From Octopus sinensis (taxonomy: Eukaryota), in the NCBI RefSeq assembly GCF_006345805.1, contig NC_043006.1, positions 27,900,001-27,964,000 of the forward strand: a stretch of DNA of 64,000 nt, in the 5' to 3' direction. Positions 51,133 through 61,700 of this stretch are shown here, piece after piece. Both the position numbers and the translations under genes were made by a program. Every line of letters starts with the position of its first letter. The stretch's first letter is position 1. The notes under the pieces are model-generated. The model ran no database searches. It was not told the DNA's origin and saw nothing but the letters and a program-made list of their open reading frames with translations.

Positions 51133-51240
51133 ATGAACGAAGCTCCAGAAAACGAGCGGCTTTTGGACATGTTATTTAATACGAACGACGGAATTCTTAA
51201 AGACGAATTTCGTACTGATCCTTTCGATAACATGGATTGG
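51133..51240 (+). CDS. First coding exon of a probable CREB3/OASIS-family ER-bound bZIP factor (CREB3L3/CREB3L4/Luman-like); the rest of the gene is mostly or wholly beyond the window
   Basis: MNEAPENERLLDMLFNTNDGILKDEFRTDPFDNMDW followed by GTGAGT (phase 0). LLDMLFNTNDGIL resembles the N-terminal LLDLLFDRQDGIL motif I recall from CREB3L3. No bZIP exon was seen in the window. Confidence 0.7.
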
Positions 51241-53028
51241 GTGAGTAACTTTTATTTTGTCTGTTGATAACTGTGTGAACAATGGACAAGTAGTCGATGT
51301 TTTGCTTGACCTAATCCGTCATATTTTCACTTGGCTGAAATGTTGCATCATCCAGCTTCGTCATGTAATTTGTTAGCCAGGCACATGATACTCCCCGGCT
51401 GTCATCAACGAAGCCAATCTGTTCTTCTGCTTTAATACCACCAAACATTAACAATTTATTTTACTTTTATATCACTATCACGCTGTTTTTTCTCACGTTT
51501 TCAATCACACGGATATGAAATTATTGTTTCAGTTTCACTTGTCTAAAGAGATGGACTTCAAGTATTTCATCATTTCTCGATCGGACTCTTCGTAGTTATT
51601 GACATTACTCATGTCATGCAGCTAAACTTAAAATATGTTGTTTATTCTTTTAAAAACTTATACAAATTCAAGCTGTTTATATTTAAGATTGTATTTTCAT
51701 TTCAGTTTGTCTTAAAACTTTTTTGTAAAGTATTCATATCAAAGCGTTGTTAGAACTTTTTATCCATCTCTAACTTTTGTTTTAGCCCCAGGTCACCTCC
51801 AAGCCATGCCATGACACACCATTTATATCGGGGCAGGGTATATCCAGTATCATATAATCTAATGTGTCCTTCCTAGTAGGATGTAATCTTAGGTAGATTC
51901 AGCTACTATATCTAGCATATTGGGCTGGCGTGTTAAGATTTCTTCCTTGAACTTTCATCTAATTCTTCCAAATCTTTCTGTTAAAATTGTATTGAAACCA
52001 TTTGTGGGGAATTAGTACACATTGGAAGTTAGAATAAATACCATTAGCAAAGCTTTAGGATATTAGTTCAGACCTGAACTATAATTACATGCTGCATGAT
52101 TATAATCAACATCATTTGACGCCCGTTTTTCTAGCCTTGCATGTGTTGAACCTATCACTACAACTATGTAATATTTGGGGATTGTATTCCTGTTATATAA
52201 GATGTAAACTTTTGAAAATGTTTATAACTTAAGTCCATGCTAAACTTGATGAGTCCACACAAATCTCAAGTTCTTGTTAAAACGTATTGACTATCTTGAA
52301 CGAGTATAATGTACTTTTACTGAAAGGTTATTTTGTCTTGGTGAAATTTTTAAAAAAAAATCTAAGTCTGAGTATTCTTAAACTTGAAGAGAATGTAAAA
52401 AAAAAGACACCATATTTTCTTATTCAAAATTCTAAAAAGATCACAGTAAATCCCTCTTTAGAATTGAATCCCACCCAGTATGAAATAAACTTTGGTAACA
52501 TCTGTTAAGGTAAATTAGTGTTTTTCAAATGCTAACTGTGCCTTTTTTTTTTACACACACACAGTTCGAGTGGGCGGGGTTTGTTTATTAACCATTATTT
52601 ATGTGAGCATGTTTATTCTGTATTTGGGACTTCTTGTATTGCTTATTTTATGTCATGCTCAATAGTTTTGAATGTTAATAGAATTTTATCAATCCGTTTC
52701 TATTGAAATTTGATGAGGGTTTCGTTCTAAAGTAATGTTTACATGCAATCCCATACACACGCACAGGGTGCGTGCGTGTGTGAGTGTCCGTCCGTCCGAT
52801 GTGATTATGTTTCTGTTAAGGCCGGGGACATGTAAAGAGGAATATTGTTAAACTGCCAATGAACATTTTTAAAGTCTTCACATACCTTAAATTATACACG
52901 CCACTTTAAATTAGTATACCCTAAATAGATAGAAATATCTAAGTACATTAGATAGAAATATACAATGTTTTATTTAGAAATAACATCCGCGGAACTTTTC
53001 TTCTCTTCAAGAGAGTATGTGTATAGAT

Positions 53029-53247
53029 CAGTGCTTTTCAACCTTTTTGCTGGAGCGGAACCCCAAAGAAACATTCCACTGGCTCGAGGAACCCGTGTGC
53101 AATAATTTAATAGTCTTATGCACACATATCTGCACAGGAGAATTAAAAATTACTGCCGATTTTAGCAGTTTTGTAACTTCTTGCGGAACCCCAGGACTGT
53201 ACTGTCGGAACCCTAAGATTCCGCGGAACACTGGTTGAAAACCACTG
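53029..53247. mobile_element. hAT-Charlie-type MITE (219 bp)
   Basis: TIR CAGTGCTTTTCAACC / GGTTGAAAACCACTG and a perfect 8-bp TSD GTATAGAT (53021-53028, 53248-53255). Confidence 0.92.
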
Positions 53248-53721
53248 GTATAGATATTTGAATTAATACGTCCCCCAATACCTTCACATAAAGACCTTTC
53301 TTAAAGTTGCCTGCCATCGATCTTTATTTACACGGCTACACGTGTCTACTTCCATACGTAAGCATTTGTATATGCGCACGGTAGCATGTTCTGAGAACAA
53401 ATTACGATATCATGTTGTGCGTGTGTGTTGACTACACACCAACAACACATGCACTCACGGCTTAGCTAGATATTCATGCTAAGAGATGTTACGACAGGGT
53501 CCATATGGAGTGTCTGTGTATGTCTGTAAGGACTTGATACTATTCTTGTTCTCTCGATTTTTACAATCAACGATGTAGGAACAATAATTTCTGATCTAAA
53601 ATTTGATATTTATCGTCAAGAAGTGTTTTAAAAAGCTAATTCTATATCTGAAATGATTTTCTAAGTGCTTTTAATTGAAAACAAAATCCTACTTTACAAA
53701 ACTTATGTCAGACTTATATAT

Positions 53722-53872
53722 ATATAAGTTTTGTCCGACGAACGGCAACGGGAAACTCAGAGTAACAGGTTTTGTTGAATTTTCTGCTGCTTTAAATAAA
53801 GCATATTACTCTACCACTGGTATTTAAGTACTCTTTTTTCCACCTTGTTTCACATATATGTGTTTACTCCGG

Positions 53873-53875
<3 letters not shown>
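53722..53875 (+). repeat. Penelope-derived/retrozyme-like short repeat containing a hammerhead-like motif
   Basis: TTTGT-CCGACGA-ACGGCAACGG-GAAA-CTCAGAGTA-ACAGG at 53730-53769, embedded between TA runs. Confidence 0.45.
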
Positions 53876-53903
<28 letters not shown>

Positions 53904-54020
53904 ATATACTTTTTCTTTACTACCCACAAGGGGCTAAACGCAGAGGGGACAAACAAGGACAGACAAACGAATTAAGTCGATTACATGGACCCCCGTGCGT
54001 AATATATATATACACACATA

Positions 54021-54238
54021 CAACAATCCCTCGACTATCGCGGGTGTTACGTTCCAAACCCCACCGCGATAGGTGAAAATCCGCGAAGTAGAAACTACTG
54101 TACTGTATATTTTTTAATTATTTTATAATTTGTATATATTTATTTTATTATGAATGCAAAACAACACCACAGAGGAATCGACGTAAACGCAAATAATAAA
54201 CCACGATAGGTGAACCGCGATATGGCGAGGGATTACTG
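54021..54238. mobile_element. Tigger/pogo-type MITE (218 bp)
   Basis: TA TSD, TIR CAACAATCCCTCG..TATCGCGG / CCGCGATA..CGAGGGATTACTG. Confidence 0.85.
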
Positions 54239-54540
54239 TAATGTGTGTGCGCGCGCGCAAACACACATACATGACAAGCTATAAATAACGGTCATATTTT
54301 TCATTTATTGGAGTAAATTTGGCTTACAGCTGTTTCCAACAGTCATTATACATTCGTTACTGATAGGTTTCTCAATTGGTTTATTGATCAGTTGAGAAAA
54401 GCTGAATGAACTAAAAAATTAATGCTTCTTTCGTCAGAGGTATTTCTGTTTATAACAAAGCATATACATGCATATACACGCACACTAAAGCATATCGTTG
54501 AAGTCTTTAACTTTTTCTGTTTGAAGGGTCGTTTAACCCA

Positions 54541-54815
54541 ATACAAGGTGGTATCAATAAGTTCCCGGACTACTTCTGTAGTGCGCCAACAGATGACACC
54601 ACATGGTTGCGTGCTCAGTGAGAACTAGCAGTGACCTTTATGAGGCAGTGTGCTGAGTTTACTTCGCAAGATTTGAAATTTGTGTATTTTGTGATCACAT
54701 GTTATGTTGTAGTCTGTGCGATTTTGTCATGGACAGGAACAAAGAGCTAACATGAGATTTTGCGTTTAACTTGGGAAGTCTGCTACAGAGACATTGAGCA
54801 TGCTTCAGCAATAAC
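54541..54815 (+). mobile_element. Mariner 5' end remnant
   Basis: TA-CAAGGTGGTATCAATAAGTTCCCGGACT TIR, then degenerate MDRNKE..NMRFCV.LGKSATETLSMLQQ. Confidence 0.7.
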
Positions 54816-55649
54816 CTATTGTTACATAACCTCCTAAGAAACACAGGTTGTATGTATTTACCTACTTCATTTCCTACACCCAATGATATATATATATGCA
54901 TGTGTGTGTGCACGTGCATAGACACACACACATAAGATATATTGGGTTCCTGTGATGCCAAATCTCAGGAACATCTGACTGAACACCAAGTGTAATCTCT
55001 TGAAGAGCGCTGAACAATTTAAGAGTTAATCTTCATGTATAAAAGCCTGATGTGATAACAGTATGATACCACATCCATTTTCTAGTGACTTTACTTATCT
55101 CCCACAGATCTAATCAATGTAGCATCTCTTTCTTACGTAGGTGTAATAAAGATATTTAACAACATTTTCTTCTTAATATCAATTCTTCCCATCTAAAACT
55201 GACTTATTCTCCTCAATTTTTGAAATTCATTCTTTTTCGGTCACTTTCTTACAATCCGCCAACAGAAAGATCCTAGTTGGCCAACTAACTTTGCTGTTCC
55301 TTTTTTAATTAAGATTATAACACACACACGTGTTTGTGTGCTTGGGCCACTTTCAATTGTGTCCATCTAAGAGTTGTTTTAACCCAACATTCTACACTCA
55401 TAGTGTTATTTACCTTTAGTTCTGGCATAAAAAAATTATATGATATATATATCATCATCATCATCATCATCATTTAATGTCCGCTTTCCATGCTAGCATG
55501 GGTTGGATGATTTGACTGAGGTCTGGCGAACCAGACCACAATCTGATCTGGCAGAGTTTCTACAGCTGGATACCCTCCCTAACGCCAACCACTCTGAGAG
55601 TGTAGTGGGTGCTTTTACATGCCACCGGCACGAGGGCCAGTTTGGTGGT

Positions 55650-55812
55650 ACAGGGAGAGTTTACGAAAAAAACAAAAGATGAAGACAGGTGGTGTACAAA
55701 ACAAACAGATGTATAATGCTCAGGAATAGAAAAAGTCTTTTACGTTTCGAGCCTATGCTCTTCTACAGAAAGAGACACAGAAAAAACGAGGAGAGAAAAA
55801 AGTGTGTGTAGT
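55650..55812 (-). repeat. Short repeat with a minimal hammerhead-like motif (second copy about 57985-58150)
   Basis: The two copies align (gaaaaacaaaagatgaagacaggtg...gtctttta.gtttcgagcc.atgctcttc.acagaaag). Confidence 0.6.
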
Positions 55813-56240
55813 GACTATGTCTTCTACTATAGTCTCAGGCTGACCAAAGCCTTATGAATGGATTTGGTAGACTGAAACTGAAAGAAGCCCATCATGTGTA
55901 TATATAAATATATATGTATCTATGTGTGTGTCTTTATGTTTGTCCCCTACCACTGCTTAACAACTAGTGCTGCTGTGTTTATGTTCCCTGTATCTTAGCA
56001 GTTCAGCAAAACAGACTGATAGAATAAGTACTAGGCATACAAAAGAAAAAATAATGGGGTCAATTTGTTTGACTAAAACCCTTCAAGGCAGTGCCCTAGC
56101 ATGGCCACAGTCAAATGACTGAAAGAAGTAAAATATATATATATACACATATATTTTATATAACCAGTATATATATATTGGTTAGTTGTTCAAATATCTG
56201 AAAGAAAAGAAAGCATACTCTAAAGCATTAGAGCTGTAAT

Positions 56241-56450
56241 ATTTAGAAGGTTGTTTGTTGTAGCTGGTCAGAGAGTGACCATTGGTTTTTTACCTATAAA
56301 GTACTTAGCCATATTGATGAATCACCAGATTCAAATGGATGTGTCTCTCTGGCCATTTGAGTCTGATGAACTGCCTATGTGGCTAAGTGCTTCATCTGTG
56401 AGAAACCAATGGTCACTCTCTGACCAGCCACAACAAACAACCTTCTAAAT
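56241..56450. repeat. 210-bp near-perfect palindrome (fold-back MITE-like)
   Basis: The outer 48 bp are reverse-complementary with 1 mismatch. The inner arms also pair around a loop of about 10 nt. Confidence 0.9.
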
Positions 56451-58239
56451 CTGTCTGCAAATGTTAATGTTCAACCATATGACAGTTTTCAAAACCCAGC
56501 ACGAGTTTTAAATTAAAGAAAAATATGAAAATTAGAGGAAAAAAATTTACTAGGTTCAGTCCCACTGCGTGGCACCTTGGGCAAGTGTATTCTACTATAG
56601 CCTCGGGCCGACCAAAGCCTTGTGAGTGGATTTGGTAGACGGAAACTGAAAGAAGGCCGTCGTATATATATGTATATGTGTGTGTGCGTGTATGTTTGTG
56701 TTTGTCCCCTAGCATTGCTTGACAACCGATGCTGGTGTGTTTATGTCCCCGTTACTTAGCAGTTTGGCAAAAGAGACCGATAGAATAAGTACTGGGCTTA
56801 CAAAAGAATAAGTCCTGGGGTCGAGTTGCTCGATTAAAGGCGGTGCTCCAGCATGGCCGCAGTCAAATGACTGAAACAAGTAAAAGAGTAAAAAAAAAAA
56901 AGAGTATACCATTCGCACACATATATATAGCTTTAAAAACAAAATATAAATTTCACAAAATTATATAGTAATCATATCTATATATGTATATATGTTTTAA
57001 TTTTTTGAAATTTTATATTTTGTGCATGTGTTTATGAAATGTCATTTAAATTTTTTGACTTTTTCTTTAATTTTTACCTTTTCCATTAACTTAAAACCTG
57101 TACTGGGTTTTAAAAGAATTATACATTTGAACATTAACATTTGCTAGATATAAATAATTCATAGAGCACTGTTTTAAATGAATTACTGTATTTAGTCACC
57201 ATTAGCCCTTATCAAGGATCCTCATCAATAGTCAAATCTCTCAACAATCTGAGGGGATTGAGTTTTCTTTTTATGCAACATGAATCGATGAAATAAATAC
57301 ATAAAAAAATGGTATTGATTCAGTAAATTCCACATGTTTTCACTTAAAAACGTGTCTTTATGCCTTTTTTTAAAACATCAATATTTGTTATCTGTTTGTC
57401 TGTCACTGTGTGTGTGTATCTATGTATGTATGTATACATATATATATATATATAATCTTTTGTCTTGTTTAACATCACCAGCTGGTCTCTGAGTGAGTAG
57501 CATTTACTAATTTGAAAGTATCCAATCTAAGTCTCCTGATTGAAGATAATTCCTACCTCTATCAATCTCAGATTTGTGCAGCCTTTCCTTCTCTGATTCA
57601 GCTATATAATATATATTATCTGAAAAGTATAGTGTTAAATATCCATCACGGCTGATCTTACCAATCGGTTATGTGTAAAGAATACAATGGGGTGTTAAGT
57701 AACAATCTGATTATGTAACTTAATGCTCATCAGAGTTAGCCGATATGGAAGGGAATATGGCGATTGGTAAGATCAGCCATGATGGATATTTAATACTATA
57801 CGTTTTGGATAATATACTCACTCTACTGACAAATATATGAGTGCATCTTTTCCCTGACTTATGGTCTCCTAGATGACTCGTATGTATATTATCATCATCA
57901 TATGTCTGTTTTCCATGCTGGCATGGGTTGGATGGGATATATATATATATATATGTATGTATGTATGCATGTATATATATAGTTGAAGTTTAGAGAAAAA
58001 CAAAAGATGAAGACAGGTGTATGAACAACAAGCAAGTGTATTAGTTTGATGCTTGGGGAAAATGAAAAGGTCTTTTATATTTCGAGCCAATGCTCTTCAA
58101 CAGAAAGGAATAAGAGAAAATGAACAGAGAGAATGAAAAAAAAAACTTGTAGATTTCAGCAGTCCAGCTTGATATATATATATATGGACAAACTCAGGCC
58201 GGATTTGAATTGTGTTTTCATGAGGTTGATGTTGCTTTG

Positions 58240-58730
58240 ATAGTTTCAATTCTGTGACAGACTTCAAGGTTGCATTGACTATCTGAGGTCAACTTCCATG
58301 CTTGACAACTGGAAGGATTTGCTTTTAGTCGCCAACAAACAAAACGCATATTCCTCGAAACTGATCTTTACACCTCCTGATGTTGCAAAAGGAACGATCC
58401 AAGCATTCAACATCCTGAAGAATTTTGCAGTTGCATCTTGTTCAGATATTTGGCAAATAGACTCTGGCGTGATATTGATAGGAATTTTGCAGTGAGAGTG
58501 GCGGGTTCGACCATTGTATAGCAGGGTAGCTGCAATTCCTGAAAGAGCAGTAGCGAGTACGATTTTTTCTCTGATCATAGAAAATCTACAATTGCATTCA
58601 TGAGATATGTTTTCCCAGTTCCACCACTTGTACTCATGGTAAAAATCTTGTTTTCAGTGTTTTTACTTAGAACGGCATTTACTACCTTATCATACACATC
58701 TTTGCTCTATGTTCAACACATTATACACCT
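58240..58730 (-). mobile_element. Helitron Rep/Hel PIF1-type helicase pseudogene fragment
   Basis: VYDKVVNAV...STSGGTGKTYLMNAIVDFL* (Walker A), KIVLATALSGIAATLLYNGRTRHSHCKIP, and after a frameshift VECLDRSFCNIRRCKDQFRGICVLFVGD*KQILPVVKHGS*PQIVNATLKS. Confidence 0.88.
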
Positions 58731-61700
58731 CAGTAGACGATCTTGTCAGACTATCAGTATACCAAATGTCATCATTGTATATTCCTATATTTAAGGAACT
58801 AAGCTGTGTTGACTTAGCCAGTACAAGATTACCTCTGAATAGTTTTATGAGTGAACCTTTTGCTGAGTGATATTGGATGGGATAAAATGATCAGTGCTTT
58901 CACTGTCTGCTAAAATTTGCATTGATCTATGGTTAATTACAATATTAACGAGTGTATAAGACAAAAGATGTTTTAATGGAGCTGATAAACTTTAAGTTGG
59001 TTTATTATATGTGTTACTTAACCTTGTCTTATCATCATATGGTATCTCTTGCTGGATATTTGTGTAGTCATGGATGTACTCCCACTTTCCGAAAAAATAG
59101 CTGTTGAAATAACTTCCTGCTCACTGACCTCCTGTAACAGTAGTAATAGTAGTGGTGATATTGGTGGTAGGAGCAGTAGTAATATTTATGAGGATGTCCT
59201 GGTTACAAAAGCTAGCTTTCTTTTGGGCTGTGTCTAATGTTTGGTTTGTGGGACTGTTGCTTCTAACTCAGCATTTCATTTTCCAGTTGTCTGAATCTTA
59301 AGCTGGTTGAGATTATTCCAGAAATAAAAGTAATCACTTTCAAATTTGCCCACTTATGCATACCTTTCCTTCATTGGACAATAATCTCTGCTTGCGAAGA
59401 CCTGTTGAGGCAAGAGAAATCAAAATCAAATTTGATGACTGGCTCCCATGCTAGTGAAGCGCTAAGCGCACCATCTGAGTGTGATCATTGCAGGTGGCAT
59501 GTAAAAAACACCATTTGAGTGTGGCCATTGCCAGTACCACCTGACTGGCCCTTGTGCTGGTGGCACGTAACAGCACCCACTACAGTCTCAGAGTGGTTGG
59601 CGTTAGGAAAGGCATCCAGCTGTAGAAACTCTACCAATCAGATTGGAGCCTGGTGCATCCATCTGGTTTGTCATTCTTCAGTCAAATCATCCAACCCATG
59701 CTAGCATGGAAAGCGGACATTAAACGATGATGATGATGATGATGATGGGCTTCCTTGAGTTTCTGTCTACCAAATTCACTTGTGAGTCTAGAGCTATAGT
59801 AGAAAACACTTGCCCAAGGTGCCATGCAGTGAGACTGAACCCAAAGCCATGAGGTTAAGATATTAGCTTCACAACCACTCAGACATTCTTGTTCATATAA
59901 TGTAGATATTAAGTACTTTATATCATAGCTCTAGTGGTCACAATGTGTTGTTCCATTTTAAGTTAGTAGTGAGATTTAGCTGCTATTTCTAGCAAATTGA
60001 GTAGCCATGTAGATGCCCTCTCTTGTCTTATGAACAAGTAATAGATAACGAAGTAATTCAATTATAGAACATATTTGATGAGCCAAAATAGAGTTTCAAA
60101 ATTAAAACATAAGGCACCAAACATATGGTACCATTAAAACATATTTTTTGGCTGTTGTTAACAGTTTGTCTCAATCCTATATCCTTATACTCAAGCACGC
60201 ACACGCACACTGTACATGTTTTATGCATGTATATAAGCCTGTTTGTATATATAAGCACTCAGATGTGTATGCTTATATATAGATTTTATGTTCCCTGCAT
60301 GTGTGTAGTTTGACCTAATACTTGTGCTGTGAAGAAAATCTACCAGACTCAGCATCTGTAATTTATTTCTTGGTCAGCATTTTTTAAAACTAACTTGATG
60401 ACCATGCAAAATTTCTCAGCATCCACTTAAACAAAAATGTTGTTTCCTTCCTCCCCCCATTCACTGTTTCTCTTTCTGTCTCCTTTTTCTATTTATATAT
60501 TTAGCTGCTTAGTTTTCTCATTGAAACATTTATACAGTTCTTTTATCAGCAGAAATGATCTTACTGACTTTCTACATCAGTAAGCAGGTTAGCAATTGTA
60601 AAAACGCTTATGAGATATTATTTCTCACTGTTAAAGCACTGACTTTGGGATTTTCCATCTAACTCTGTTTGTCTACTTAATCAGCATAGAGCAGCTGTAC
60701 TGTATATCTACAGTGGTACCATTGAAATTGAACAGGGACAAGGGAGCTTCTACATTGTCGCTCAAGCTGCTAGAAATAGGAGTTAAGTCTTCTTCAAATC
60801 ACAACCTAACTCTTAAAAAGAGAACACATTGAACTATATGATCTTTGAATAAACAAAAAGGAATGTCTTTCTTCAAGGATTTGCTCAATTAGGGCTGACC
60901 TGGGGCTAAACAATAACAGGGAGACTGCTGCATGACTGCTCAAACTGCAAGAAATAGCCAAATCTTTAAAAAAACAAAATACACATTTAGTAATGTATTT
61001 GTAGATTCATCACACCTGAAATATACAGGATAGCCACATCTGGAATACCTTTGATAAGACTGATTTGAGGCTAAACAACAATAACAGATGTATCAATACT
61101 TAGTCAATGTCTACTGGCTGTATTTATCTGGTTGTGTTATATCCAGATAATGTCATTCCCTAGTTGACATAGCAAGCCGCTGACAACCTCTGCCAGTAGA
61201 AGCTTATGTAACATCTATAATTGATGCCTACATTAAATTTTTCTTCTAAACCATTACATGTAGTGTTTTTGCAAGACAGACATCTGTGAAGAATATTAAT
61301 TAATTTCTGAGATGTGAGATTACAGAATATTTTATTCTGTTTCAGCTTTTTTGTAGTGTTCCATACTTTTTTTTTAAATATCCTGATTCCTACTTAACTA
61401 TTTTTTATCTGGCAGATCTGGCATCCCAGTAGTATTAAATTTCTAAATAATATTTAAAAAAAGTTTTTCACTATAAAAAAAACAAAACATTCTGTACACA
61501 ATTTGTTTATTCTTCCTTTTCAGCAAACTTCAGTGAGTTTATACCTTGCCGAAACAAATCTACTGTTCTCTTATGTATTAGTCAGAAAAGGGTGGGGAAA
61601 TCTAATAGCAGTCATTGCTTTCTAATATTTATTTACTCATTACATATTTTACTTTATATTGTTAATGCTCTATGCATTCAATACGCTAACACCTACTAGG

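Noticed and set aside
58800-59240. Thr-rich stretch on the - strand upstream of the Helitron helicase fragment
   Set aside because: It is interrupted by stops in all frames with no identifiable motif, so I could not assign it to the Helitron or to a host gene.
60549-60585. cag|...|GTAAGC short exon candidate for the CREB3-like gene
   Set aside because: In phase 0 it reads into TGA. It is open only in a frame incompatible with the exon ending at 51240.
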